64,000 nt of DNA from Microthyrium microscopicum (lineage: Eukaryota), in the NCBI GenBank assembly GCA_010405405.1, contig MU004237.1:2305345-2369344 (forward strand), read 5' to 3'. A program made the position numbers and the translations under genes. How positions within the stretch are numbered: the first letter of the stretch is position 1; each line of letters begins with the position of its first letter. Positions 24,357 through 37,709 of this stretch are shown here, one piece after another. Under the pieces are notes generated by a model. It saw nothing but the letters and a program-made list of their open reading frames with translations. It was not told the origin of the DNA and made no database searches.

Positions 24357-25991
24357 TTTACCGCGCGAACCAACTGAACAAAGGGATAGTAATGGAACGA
24401 GGTAGGTAAACGTTGAATCGGCAGCATTAATCTTATCCTGGCTAGATCTAGGTTATGATTCCAACTGGATAGGTATGGGGGAAGGGCGGGAAGTCTGAAA
24501 ACTGAGCCGCTTTGTAGGTTTGTTTCCCGATTGAAGAAATAGTTGAAAGATCACGGAGTAAGAAAGCTGGATGTCAGCAGTGAGAGGGATTAGAGGTTAG
24601 GCGGTCTGGCGGTACAAGATGCAATGGTGTCGCAAAGGGTTCAAAGCAGGCAGGGCCGGGATGGTTTTGTACCAATGAGTTGGAAGGTTTGACTAGGGTG
24701 ACCAGACAATTAATAGGATTGACTTTCCCGCTATGAATTTGTCGACAAGCAGCCTGACCAGGACAACTTGCGATCGATTTATGGATTTATGCAGCGCGGA
24801 CACCATTACTGTATGCACACGCCCCAGCCTGTAAACTAGCTTCATGCTTGGGCTCGTGGGTTGTCTGTGGAGATCGACAAGCTTTTGGAAAACTTGGATT
24901 TTGAACTCCTCTAAACTCGAGTACATCAGGTATGTTGAGGATCCTCAAACAAGACCAAAAACTTCCGCAAACATGGCTCCTTCAGTCTATAAGCTTTACC
25001 TCAAAACCGCAGCCGAATACAACTTTCCAGGCTCATTTGAATGCTGAACAGGTGTTTCATGATGTCATGTATATCATCGGATGTGACCCTAGGAAGCCGT
25101 TGAATTTGTGAACTTATACCGCGCCGCTAAGGGTCCGCGTTGATGGACTTTGAGGTCGTCCAGACGGCGGTCTATCAAATTATGCATAACCACAAAGTAT
25201 CGACTTCTACTACTTCCATGTTATGGTCCTTGTTTCAGACGAGACTTTGCCTGTTCATCTAAGAATCAAGATCTGGTTGGCAAAAGCTTGAAGACATGGC
25301 CGAGCACGACACCAAGCTGATGGTAAAGATATGTGTAAAACTTAGCTCATAACGGGCATGCTAAAGTTTCCAAACTTCTCCAAGACTCCATCAAACCACA
25401 ATTCCTCGAGTAATAATTCCCCAATTGGTCAAACTATAATGCACATGGCATCAAGCTTCGGGAAGAAGGCTTCTAAAAAATCTAAACTCAACCAGTCCCA
25501 CGGTACTTTGCAACTAGCAAGGCTGCCCTGACAAACCATGTCCAGCGTGAACCACAATTCTGCCTTGCCAATTCTACCTAACAAAAACATATGACGCGAA
25601 TCAATTCTGGGCACTGCAAAACTTGTCAATTTCCTTTTGTCAAAGTGTGGGATTTGATTCGTGATGGATTATTATTTGAGTGGCTCCGCTGGCTCGTGGG
25701 ATTTCCATGCCCCATTTGCATCGCACGCAATTTTAGCGTCGTCAAAGAGCACAATTGCGCCGCTCTGCCTTGGTCCTCTTTGGTTGACTCGCGTGCTCTT
25801 TGTTCACGAGGAGAAAACTACTTGTACAGAAGAGTACATCTTGGCTGCAGATCGTTTGAAGTGCAGAAGCCTTCATTGGATGCTCTGCAAGGCGTTTGCT
25901 CCTTTGCATCAACACTATATCTATCTCGACAACGCTGCAACCGACATCCAATGTCTTTGAGGATAATATGGCTGGCTGATTTTTGCATGGG

Positions 25992-26680
25992 TCAAAGGTT
26001 GCTTTGGTTCCGTGACCGATGGTCTAATTCTTTGCGTATTTGACGACGAATCTCAGCTGCTAGATTTGCTGCTTCATCGTCGTCCAAATCATCTCGTTTT
26101 CCCCTGCCGAACATTGTCCAGCTTTTATTTTGGATGGTTGGTACGCTTTCTGGTCGAGGGATGATGTGAAAATGTACGTGAGGTACCACTTGAGCTGCAC
26201 GAGGGCCATTGTTTTGTACAATGTTGTAATCAGTAACCTTGAGCGGACTTTTAGTCCAATATCACTTCAAATCGTGACTTTGACTTACGCCTACTGTCTG
26301 GGAAACTGCCTTGGCAAGAATTGGTAGCCAAAATCCTATGCAGGTTAGTTGAGGATTCGAAGACTGTCCCTAAATATCGCTATACCTATATCACTGGCTT
26401 CATTTCCCGGTACATGTTCTATCTTCAGACGATGCGATCTCGTTGTGACCAACAAATGTCCCATTGTCATGGGCATGATATCCAAAAAGGCCAGGACTTC
26501 TGGAGCAGAGAGCACTAGATGGCAGCTTGGTGATACCTTCTCCGCATCCACTACATCTGGTACACAGCTCTTGAGATCATCTGAATTCGATATTTGACTG
26601 ATTGGCGATGGATATGTTTGCGCAATGCCACAAAATGGGCAATCAACAGGATAGTGATCTTCAGCCGTTGTAGCGGACAT
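25992..26680 (-). CDS. HIT-family nucleotide hydrolase (Hnt1-like)
   Basis: [41 protein letters not shown] histidine triad. Confidence 0.9.
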
Positions 26681-27190
26681 TGTGCTATGGCGTGACGAGT
26701 CCGGAGTAGGGTCTTTGGTGCCGCAGTTTGAATGTCATTAGACCTATGGCTTGAAGAATTTTGACGATGGTTGTAGATGAGTTGAAGTCGTGGTGTTGAA
26801 GCTGTTTCAACTATCTCGTCAAGGCGTCTGCAACGACGTAACGCTTCTGATTGGGCCGAGGCAAACGCGACTTGAACTTTATCCCAACCACTTTTCTCAA
26901 CTTTCTTCCCCCTTCATTAACGCTGATATAATTCATAAAAGCTTGATATAGCATCGGTTTCGTATCTCATGGCGCTTCGTGTCTTCATGTTCAGTCGAGA
27001 TGCGGCGATAAGCGCTCAAACCCCTCATTGACCGATTTAGCTCGGGTACTCAAAAGCGGAGCATTGGTTTTGAAGTTGTCAAGATTGCTGACATGATTCA
27101 ATTTCATTTCCTTGAAATGGCGCATCATTCTTCGCGTCTAAACTTTTGACTTGTATTCATCACTGGACGCGCTCCATTTTACTGAACACT

Positions 27191-29061
27191 ATGCCATCCA
27201 ATCGGCCCATTCGCATCGCATCATGCTCCGGTTCTGCCTCTGATCGACGCCATGGCATGTATTCTCTGGCATCAAACTATCAAAATGATCCCGTCGAAGT
27301 CATTATGGGCGACTGGATGTCGGAAGCGAACATGACCTCAAGAGCATGGACCAAGACATTCAATGATGGTGATTCTTACGAGCCTACGTTTCTGGAAAGT
27401 CTAGTTCCTTCTCTACTACTCATCGCCAAGCACAAGATCAAGGTTATTACCAATGCTGGTGCAACGGACACGCAAAAGTTGTACCACGTGGTTGGGGATC
27501 TGGTCAGGAAGCAGAGCCTAGATTTGAAAGTTTGCTGGGTCTCTGGTGACGAGGTGCTGTCGCAAGTTCTGGAGTTACAACAGAGTGGCGAATCTTCATT
27601 TAAGAATGTTTATACTGGGGAAGCTTTGCAAGATTGGAAATTCAAGCCCATCTACGCTCAAGCATACCTCGGAGGTATGGGGATATCAACTGCCTTGCAA
27701 CATGGCGCAGACATCGTAATTTGTGGTCGAGTCTCCGATGCCTCACCAGTGATAGGAGCAGCACACTGGTGGCACTCTTGGAATAGATCTGATCTGAAAT
27801 TCTTGGCCAACGCTTTTGTGGCTGGTCATCTAATCGAGTGTAGTACGTATATTACAGGCGGCAATTTTACTGGCTTCAGATCCTTCGAAAAGAGCGGCTG
27901 GGAAGACATTGGATTTCCTATAGCTGAGATATCCAAGACCGGAGAAGTGATTATTACCAAACAGAAGAACACAGGAGGTTTAGTGTCGAGAGATACGTGC
28001 ACATCACAACTTCTTTACGAGATTCAAGGACCATGGTACTTCAACTCAGATGTCACTGCCATCTTGGATGGTATCTGGTTTGAAGAGCTGGATAAAGACA
28101 GAGTTGCTCTACACGGCGTAAAAGGAGATCTACCTCCATCCACCACCAAAGTTGGCATTACAGCAGATGGCGGCTATCAAGCAGAGTTTCACTGGTTTCT
28201 TGTCGGACTGAACATCGAGGACAAAGCCCGAATGATCGAGACGCAAATTAGGAAAATCCTTGCACCTCAAAGCAAGGACTTTACTCTTCTTCATTTCCAA
28301 ACTTATGGCTCCGCCGCTGAGAACCCCATCAACCAGCCATCTGCCACTGTAGATCTTCGAATCTTTGTCCAGGCTCGTAAAGAAGCTTCCCTTTCCCCTC
28401 AAAACTTCCTGAGGCCATGTTTGGACGTTATCATGCAAGCTTATCCCGGAGCGACACCGCATCTTGACTTTCGTCAAGGCTTTCCGAAGCAGGTATTCGA
28501 GTATTATGTAACGCTATTACCTCAGTCAGCCGTGGATCATAAAGTGCATCTACATACAGGAGAAGTTATCCGGATACCGCCACCACCCAAGTCGAAAACA
28601 TGGCCTCATACTCAACCAAGCACACCAACGACACAGTTTCCGATATTACTGGATAGCTTTGGCCCAACAGAAACCGCACCCTTGGGCACTTTGGTACATG
28701 CTCGAAGCGGCGATAAAGGCAGTGACGCCAATGTTGGATTTTGGGTCCGTTCAGATGAAGAATTCGAATGGCTTCGAACACTTCTTTCTGTCGATACAAT
28801 AAAGAAACTGTTGGCTGATGAGTACAACGGTAAAGAAATCGTGAGTGCGTCTGCTCTGGAACTACGATGAAATCTAATGTAATTTAGGACCGATTCGAGC
28901 TACCAAAGGCCAGGGCCGTACACTTTTTGCTTCATGATCATCTGGATCGGGGTGTTAGCTGTACAAGTTCTTACGACTTTCTTGGAAAGAATGTGGCAGA
29001 GTTTCTTCGTGCGAGACATGTTGAGATTCCTGTCAAGTTTCTTTATCAGCCGAAGCTTTGA
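27191..29061 (+). CDS. DUF1446 / acyclic terpene utilisation AtuA-like protein
   Basis: IMGDWMSEANM, AYLGGMGI..GADIVICGRVSDASP, AGHLIEC, QLLYEIQGPWYFNSDV, HARSGDKGSDANVG; one 3' intron. Confidence 0.9.
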
Positions 29062-29775
29062 AATTCTCAAAGGACTGGCCCTTGAAAATTGATCACATAA
29101 TAACTTTTGCTATCAGGGAGTTCAGTCTAGCATCCAATTGCTAACTGTCTACTCCTGTAGTTACCCTGGCCTGCCCGTATGTCGCCAAACATGGATGGAT
29201 TTCCCATAATGAGCTGAGATTCGAATTTCACATTCATTTTCATACTTGGAATATCACGTCCATCCGAAATTCTCAATTCAGACTGATTGTATACCATTCT
29301 ATGACTCTTCACGCCCTATTGTACAACCACTCGACACTTTTAACTTGCACAATATATGACAGCCAACCAGAGCTCTATCTTGCAGTTCATTCATGCAGCC
29401 AAGAGCCAAGACGCTCAACAAACTCCAGCCTTTTACCAGGTTCTTCAATATATCTTGTCTTGTCATCCGCTTTCTAATCAGTCATGCTTCGTATCTCTTC
29501 CCCGCTGCGAGCTAATCTTGGAACCGTGCTAGCTCAACACCACGATGATTGGACCATATGCGCCTTTTGCAGCCTTACAAACTCGCTGTCACTGGCTACT
29601 CCGAATACCGAGATGCGAGTTCTAGGTTTGCTCGGTTCTTGGCAGTTGAGTTATCTTGATTCTATGTTTGGACTGAGATATAAAGATGGATTGTTGAGCT
29701 CGGCTTGAACACTGGCTTGATAGAATCTTTCTGGAACGTTGGTCACCTCCTTTTGAACCTAACATAACCACCAAT

Positions 29776-31029
29776 ATGAAAGCTATCTCTGTTGCTGAGC
29801 CTGGTGCTGAGTGGAAGGTGATTGATACTGCAATCCCAGAGCCTGACGATGACCAAATTCTCGTGAAGATCATCTATACTGGTTTCAATCCAGTGTAAGT
29901 CTTCACTCATTCCAGAAATACATCCACTGACGCGAACAAGGGATACTTTTCAGGCCGTCTATGGACTGTTGGTTCAAGAATGGCCACTCACGCCAGGCTG
30001 TGATCTAGCAGGAGTTGTAGTCAAGGCTGGAAAGAATGCCATTTCACCACTCGGCAAGCCTTTTAAGGAAGGCGATAAAGTTTGCGGATGTTCTCGACTT
30101 GGCCCAAATAAGTTCCAAACCTACCAGGAATATGTATAGCTGAAGCCTTGTCCGCATCGTGGAAATCGATACTGATAAAGTTTGCAGAATATCATGGATG
30201 CTGCTCTTGCTACGCCAGTGCCAGATAATTTGGACCTTGTTGGAGCTTGCGCTGTTGGGTCCGGGAGTTATGTATGAGATGGTATTCTACAGGAACGAGG
30301 ACAACCAACTGATACCATCACAGACAGCTGGTCTTGCCATCTTTGGCTCCTTGGAGATTCCAGTTCCAAAGTCGGATTCGACACCATCTTCCACAGATGA
30401 ATGGGTTCTCATCCTTGGCGGCGGCTCCAATGTTGGTCGTATGGCTATCCAGATGCTCAAAGGACTAGGCTATAAAGTCATAACCACCGCATCAGCCCGC
30501 TCCTTCGATGTAAGAGACTTCGCTGTCCACTCACTTTAGCGAATGCTAACTACACCTACTGTAGGTCATGACCAAGATTGGCGCCGACACAGTCGTTGAC
30601 TACAAGCAAGACGAAGCAGCCATCATCGCAGAAATTGCCAGCAAGACCGACGGCAAACTGTACAAAGTCTTCGACGCCGTCGCAGCAAACCTCAAGTTCT
30701 CGATTCCCTTATTTGCCGCCCTCAAAGGCGATGAGCACAAGAAAGTCTTCACATCAACCAACGATTGGGATCCCAAGCCAGAGACAAGCGACTTCCTGCT
30801 CACAGACGTGAAGTTGGGGCCAATTGGGCAACCTCAAGCATCGGAACTGAATGGTCTGATCAAGAGTTTCATTCCGTTCGTACATAACCTTTTGGAACAA
30901 GACAAGATCGTAACAACCGAGTACATAGTACAAGGCAACGGTGTCGATGCAATTCCCGACGTAGCAAAGTTCCACGCAGAAGGCAAAGGCGGCAACAAAA
31001 AAGTCATGGTCAAAGTACAAGACGAGTAA
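29776..31029 (+). CDS. MDR-superfamily (Zn-binding dehydrogenase / enoyl-reductase-like) oxidoreductase, multi-exon
   Basis: PEPDDDQILVKIIYTGFNPV/D, PGCDLAGVVV, WVLILGGGSNVGRMAIQ, GADTVVDYK. Confidence 0.85.
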
Positions 31030-31271
31030 GCAAGTATCTAGGCATTCAATAATAATTATGAACAGTGTCTTGATTAAGTATTTACACAAGATAACGATCG
31101 CAAAAACAGAAAAAGGGATATTCAAAGTCGTACAGTCGTCGCTATATGCAGCGCAAACCCGCTAGTAATAGTAATAAAAAGCTCAAAGAAGTGGTATCAG
31201 GCGTCCATCTATATCCCTTGCATTAGAAAATATTCCACTCCGTATCCCTTGATTAGTTGTATACACCCCAT

Positions 31272-33751
31272 CTATTGAATGGGTGAATATTCTGCTTCTT
31301 CTAATCCTTCTAGCAATATTCGTTGCGCATCGAGTAATTTTGTGCGGAGGAGGTCGCGTTTGTCGTTGTGGGCGCGTTGCAGTTCCAGACAGCAGCGTTG
31401 GAGGGCGGTGACGACGCTCTCGACGACTGCGCGGTCGCGTTGTATGGTCTCGGGGCTTGCGATGAGACTGTCGAGACCGATGAAAGAGCTGAGTAGGGCG
31501 GAAGAAGGTCGGTCTTTTGTGGAGAGTAATTGCGCAGCTGCGTTGCTAAGAGGTGGACTTGGGAGATATGTTGGTGGTGCGGGTAGGATGACGGAGCTAC
31601 GAGGGCTGATCAATGAGTATCGTGGATTCATGAATTGGAGTTGTTGATGCTGATTGATGGAAGATAGCTTTGGGCCTGTGATTATGTCAAGCCCGGAACT
31701 GGTTACTATGTCCAGTCCGGCATTGTCCTCCAATACCGCTTCAGCTTCCTCGCCATCAGTATCGACTTCATCAAGCTCAGAAAGTGCTGGTTGATAGGAT
31801 TCATCTCCGTCAAGCGCGGTCTGAAAAGTATTAATGGTCGAGCGACTTTGACTTCGTTCGTGCGAATAGAAGGGTTCGTCTTCTGAGCTCGAGTTCTCAT
31901 CCTCCAAGAACCCGTCTTCAGAGTACGTGTCTTGCGTGCTTCGAAGCGGACTGCCAGCTGGTCTTGTTGTCTCAACACTGCTTTCCGAGCTGTAGCTTCC
32001 ACGGCGAGTATCTCGAGTATAACTTCCCATGGCACTATGAAGAAAGAAGTTCTCATAATCGAAGGCGTCGACTCGATCTTCGTGTCGTTCAGCTACAACA
32101 TCGGCATCAAAGTATTCAGTTTGGCCAGTTTCACTAGCACCTTCAAAGTCTTCTGGTTCTTCCTCGATCACTCCATTTGAATACGAGCGAGGGTATTGGG
32201 ATATTCCTAACCCATTCGATGGGCCATTTTGCAATTCATCTTCGAGATCGTCCAGTGTCTCTTCGGCATCGTCGTAATGGCTTTCCTCATATTCGGCCGC
32301 ATCGAGTCTACTTTCGGCATCCGCAAAGTGTTGCTCAGGGGCACCGGGACTTCCCTCTGGCGTCATATCCCTTGCAGTGCTTTCACTTGTGGTAGGACTT
32401 TTGAAAGAGCCCGCGTATTGTTCTCCATTGCCATATGGGCTTGGTGTTCGCAAGGTCAAAACACTTGCGCGTTTGTTTCCTTCCTTGGTCCGCTCCTTGA
32501 TGTTGGATATTCTATCTCTCAATTCGTTCATTTGAGCTCGGATCGACGAAGCCTGCGAAACTGGTCGCCTCATCTCTGACGGCGTTGGAGATGTTCGTTG
32601 AGTTATACTTATCATGGAGCTACGATGTTCCATGTTTGAGGCGGATCGAACCATTTCCGTTGGAGAAGGGGTTCGGTCATCCATTATCCAATTCTTCAGC
32701 CTGTTTTCCCTCATTGATTCTTGACTTTCTCGCATGGCCTCGTGGCTTTTGGCACCTCGAAGGGAATTTAGCACGACCCTATCAAGTACTGATAAGCCTC
32801 CAGGTCCAGCAAAAGAACCAAGCGCACTAGATGATCTCTTAGGCATATTATTCGGTGGTAGAGGAGCTGGCAAAGAAGGAACGGGGGAGGGCATCGATGC
32901 TTCGCTAGCAGCGCGTGAATGACCAGGCGCAGTTCTTGCTTTGCCAGCCATGGATTGACGTGGACGAGAAGAAGCGTATGATAATCTATTGGAGATGCTG
33001 CCACTTGAGAGAGAATAACGAGCGCCTTTGAGATTACCTTCCATCATCTGAGCCTGATTAGCAATGGCTTTTGGGCCCGAATGGCTCGACTCACATTGAG
33101 GCGTTTCTTCGCGTTGGCAAGTATGATTTCTGCGCGCCGACTAAGAAAGTCGTCGTCGATATCGTCGCGTTTGTTGCCATCTTTGTTGTCACTATGGGAT
33201 TGAGAAGTTTGCAAAAATTGGTCGTCTTCCTCATCAAGCGCCATGGCTGACTCGTCAACGTCCGCGGCAGCCATCGAGGCCTTGTTCGCGGCCCATCTTT
33301 CTAGTTCTTCACTACGCACAGAGCTCGAAGTATTACTGTTGGCACTGAGTCTGCGAACCTTCAATGGCCATTCAGACCCATTGTTATCGTGTCCCAACAT
33401 GCGCAATGTAGGACTAGAGGACAATGCGCCAGTCGCGTACAACTTTCTCGTTGGTGTTGTATCGGATTCGTCGAGCGCTACTGGACTAGAAGGACGGACG
33501 AGAATTGAAGGCGATGTTGGTGCTGGAGATACGGGGGCGCCGTGATATTTTGCCTGATCCGTAAGTGTAAGAACCGATTGCGAAGGCTGGTGTAAGGTCT
33601 GGGTAGAGTAGTAGTGCTGTTGCTGGGCGTTTGCAACAATGGCAGCGGGAGACATGAACAGAATGCTATCGCGAGTTCGCGACGGCAAGATCATGTCAGG
33701 GTTCGTGAGGGTAGGAGAGGGAGGCAATTCATCGTAGACGTCGATAGCCAT
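31272..33751 (-). CDS. Conserved-looking fungal hypothetical protein, Ser-rich and acidic, largely disordered (2 exons)
   Basis: ORFs 33044..33778 and 31272..33047 are joined by an intron (RAEIILANAKKRLN/MMEGNL). Coiled-coil-like patch and HEDRVDAFDYENFFLHSAMG block. Confidence 0.75.
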
Positions 33752-35242
33752 TTGTCCAGCAGTCCCGTTGTAGGACAACAGATTGAACTAAACGCATGCA
33801 GTGGGGCCGCCGGACTAGAGGGCGACGTAGTCTATAGACGAGCAAGGTGGATTCAGGGAGTCAGGGACGAACAGCCGAATTGGAGCAAATTGACAAAGTA
33901 GCGCTCGGTAGACTGGAAATGGAAGAAGAAAATATGGAGATAGTGTTGGAGGGAGAGAAAATACCAACGAAAGGGGGCATACAAGCCGCAATGGCCAATA
34001 AGGCGGCTGAGCCTCTTTGCACCGTCTACCACCCAGTCCCAACCGGGGATTAGTAGTATCCAATGATAAAGAGTAACCAGCAGATCTTAAATCCAGCTGT
34101 TTGGTTTGTCTATTCAGATCATCAAAAAGGGTGTGATGAAGCGGAATTGATCTTGAAGTGCCAGTGGTTGTATGTATGTAGTATGTACTCCTGAACAGGT
34201 GCACGAGCTGCAATCTTCATCCTTTCAGTGCCATGTGCGCCGAATCTGCACCTCTCTTCCACTCTCGCCCCAGCAATCTTTCTTCATGCACCAAAAGCTT
34301 CAGCCATTCAGCTCCTGTATCAATCCATAGTGCATATTGCATACATAGTATGTACCTACATAGCAAAGGTACCAATAAGGTATCATACATTGATCCTGAC
34401 TGCTGGCTACTCCAATTATTGTACTGGCTCACAAATCCACCAATGTCTGCCATCATACAAATCAATTGCCGATTCTCTTCCATCTATAATCCATGAAATG
34501 TGGTTGAAATAATGATAGATCGGCGTCCGCCTGTCTAACTATCATCTACTTTATCTTTAGCCCAATAGCCTAATACCTTGCGGCGTTCACTAACCCCAGC
34601 CAGCGGCCTTAAAAAACGTAGCCGGGACAGCCATATCCGCGCCTATGGCCAGGTGCAGGGTAGTACTTGGACAGAGTACTTGTATCACCATCGCCCTCAG
34701 CTTCGATGCCATGTCTCACAGAGCTTCACTTCTTCGTAGAGCAAATATTTTTCGAGCAATGCTCAAGAGCAGAGTAAGATGTTGTTACTGGAGCTCGGCC
34801 TCGTCTCAACTGTGACTGGCTTCTTTTGACTGGTACATTACCGAGAACCTACCGTATTGAGTCGAGCAGACCTTGATGAACCGGACCCTCATGCAAGCAC
34901 AGCAGGTGTTGGATCTGGGGTTATTGCAGCTCAGGAGAGCAGCTGATGAAACCGATGTTATGACCTGTAGAAAACCTACGGAATACTCAAAGTATGGCAC
35001 GCAGAGGTATCGTGGTTCAAATGACCACAGCTTTTGGTTGCAACGAAGGGTAGGGCTTGCTCTCAACACCACCTGGAGATATACGAGAAGGATTCCATGG
35101 TTTTATATTACCATCTGGGGCGGCGAGAACGCGCGAATCGTACGGTCCTACAAAGGCTTCTTGTGAAAGCACTGCATAGCCTGCTTTCACAATTCGACTC
35201 CACTGGAATGCTCAAGTTTTTACTCGACTGTGTTGATTCAAA

Positions 35243-36515
35243 ATGAAGTACTCCCATCTTTGTTTATCAACAATTGTTGGCGTCGCACTTGCTCAGGAGC
35301 TATTCGATCCACGAAAATATATCCAATTCGACCCCAGAATACCCAAGGACTGCTCTATTTTCAAGCCATGTACAAGGGATACTCTCCAGTTCTTGTCAAT
35401 GTTGGCATCATTTGGAGGACTTCAAGTTGGACCAGAGGAAGTACCACAGAATGGAACTGTTCCACCTGGATCTGGGAAGATAAAGGGCCGCAGGTGCGCT
35501 TTCGGAGACAGCCTCATTTGCATGGTGGTTACTCCAGAAAACGTAAGCTAAGATCTCAATTCATTGACAAGACTCATTGTTCACTCATATAGTATGATAA
35601 GTCGGATGCCACATGGGGTAACGGAAGATTTTTATCCTCATATTACAATTTGACTGATCCTAATAATCCTCTTGCAAAGGTTCTGCCCTTAAAAGCCTTT
35701 CCCGCACAAGTCCTATATTATCCCCTTTCCCCACCTGATATCAAGCTGCCAGTCATCATTCTTAATCATTTTTCTACTACCGGACTGGATCCTACAGTAT
35801 TTCCTATGTTGATAGGATGGGCAGCTCATGGATTTGCAGTGTTTGTGACAGGGGTTGACCCGAGCAAAACGTATTCACCGCAAGATCACAATGAAGAAAC
35901 AACCAGAATGAAACGAATTGTTGATGCTGTCATTGATTTGGCGGCCTCGAATGAAAGCAGCTTAGATACTACTCGAATCGGAGTGGCTGGAATTGCATAC
36001 GGTGGTCGAGCTGCCCACGAATTTGCTCATGATTCTCGCGTCAAAAGTCTGGCAATGCTCACAACAAGAGCGTATGAAGGCCAAACTCTGACCGTTGCAA
36101 ATTCCACTCGGGACTTCAAGACACCCTCCGCCTTCTTCATGGGCGAGCGAGGTACCACACAATCTAAGCTTGTCAGTGACCCTTTAAAACTACCTACACA
36201 TCTGGAAGCAAGCAACTGACTTGAATATAGACGGAAAAAGAATTTGAAGCAATTCCTGCCGGTGTCCCAAAATGGAAAGGCATCCTCAATACCGGCGATT
36301 TCGGCACGTACTGTCAGCCCTATGGAGGACAATTTGGAATTGCTAGCACAAACTGGTGGAAATGGACTCTCCAAGGCGACTCGAAGGCTGGCGAGTATTT
36401 TACCAAGTCGGGTGCTACGAATGACGGCTGGCAAGTGTTCTGGGAAGACTTGGAGAGCTTCAAAGTCCCCAATCCACTTACTCCTTCAGCAAAATTAGGT
36501 AGTTCAGTATCATGA
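35243..36515 (+). CDS. Secreted alpha/beta-hydrolase-fold protein (chlorophyllase/cutinase-like), catalytic residues apparently substituted; 3 exons
   Basis: Signal peptide MKYSHLCLSTIVGVALAQ; KLPVII..WAAHGFAV..LDTTRIGVAGIAYGG..DSRVKS..PSAFFMG..WKGILNTGDFGTY..WWKWTLQGD. Confidence 0.7.
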
Positions 36516-36653
36516 AACCTTGACTGTTCCTGGCTTGCTAATTGAAACTGAAACCTCTTAAGGCAGGATACTATGATCCGGACACAAGGGGAAACTTCTC
36601 ATTGTACCAGAAGATAAGAACTTAGGGATAGACAACTTGATTATGATCGGAAC

Positions 36654-37709
36654 TCAGCCAACACGTACAAGACTTCTAGAGACTGCCATCCATTGCCTGA
36701 GAAGTTTAAACCCACCACCTCCTTTCAAATCAGCCTTATGAAAGTGACTGAATGTAAAGCCTATCATAGCCCATATGGTTTCCTGACGTGCGTCCACAGC
36801 GAAGGCATCGATTATTTGGTAACCTTGCTCTTTCGGTACTTGAGCGACTACCTCAGGATCCTTTTTACCCCAATCTTCGACACCAAGTCTCTTGATCCAG
36901 CTGCCTTGCGTCTCACTGTTGCTTTCGGTAACCCAGTATATCGATCCATCAACGTACTGTATCCTCTTCGCATGTCTCTCGTCTTTCAAGAGCATCTGTA
37001 CGCCAGATCTATTCGTCGCAGTCTCTTCAGGTTTCATCGACAATGATAACTTGTGCAGACTTCCAGGGATCAGTGTCCATCGTAAAGATTGTGTCCAGTA
37101 GATGTCCATGTTTCTTGTATCTATAGCCATGTCTTGCACTGGTGGACATGCGGTAGCATTCACTCCAATACTACATGCGTATCTCTTTGTATCGATCACT
37201 GTTTCAATTTCAGTCCTATTGTTGACATTGAAACGCTTGATCAAATGGCCTGCTTGGCCTTCCAATCCCTCTGTTCCTTCTACCCAGTACAACATCTTCT
37301 TGTTTGGGTGTTCAACCAGCTTCAGAGCAGTCGGCAGTGAGTTGGTAGTGATTATTGTTCTAAGATCCGTACCGTCTGTATTGATTTGTTGTATCTTGCC
37401 TTCCCAAGTGTTGTTGGCCTGCTTTCGTCCAGACGTAAAGTATATGCGTCCAAGTCCTTCGTCCACGGCCACGGAATCGGGAATCTCGCTTTCGTCTTTG
37501 AAGATGTAGATTTCTCTCCGCTGATGTCCGTCAAGTTGGATTCTGCAGACTCTGCCAGTTTGCCGTCCGAGCAGAACATCCTCCAAACGACCAAAATATG
37601 TCTGCCCGGGCAATTCAACGTAAAAGAAGCCAGGGCCATAAAAATCTTCCTGCTTGGATGCTATGACTGAGCCCAAGATCGACAGTAGCGCAAAAGTCAA
37701 TACAATCAT
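36654..37709 (-). CDS. Secreted YWTD/LDL-receptor-like beta-propeller protein
   Basis: Signal peptide; repeated PDSVAVD..GRIYFT, MLYWVE, MAID..DIYWTQ, GSIYWV blades. Confidence 0.8.
   Translation of the reverse strand: MIVLTFALLSILGSVIASKQEDFYGPGFFYVELPGQTYFGRLEDVLLGRQTGRVCRIQLDGHQRREIYIFKDESEIPDSVAVDEGLGRIYFTSGRKQANNTWEGKIQQINTDGTDLRTIITTNSLPTALKLVEHPNKKMLYWVEGTEGLEGQAGHLIKRFNVNNRTEIETVIDTKRYACSIGVNATACPPVQDMAIDTRNMDIYWTQSLRWTLIPGSLHKLSLSMKPEETATNRSGVQMLLKDERHAKRIQYVDGSIYWVTESNSETQGSWIKRLGVEDWGKKDPEVVAQVPKEQGYQIIDAFAVDARQETIWAMIGFTFSHFHKADLKGGGGFKLLRQWMAVSRSLVRVG

Noticed and set aside
27191..31029. AtuA-like plus MDR reductase (and glyoxalase/AsaB/flavin reductase at 59-64 kb) as a secondary-metabolite cluster
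   Set aside because: No PKS, NRPS, terpene synthase or cluster regulator is visible in the window; adjacency alone is insufficient.
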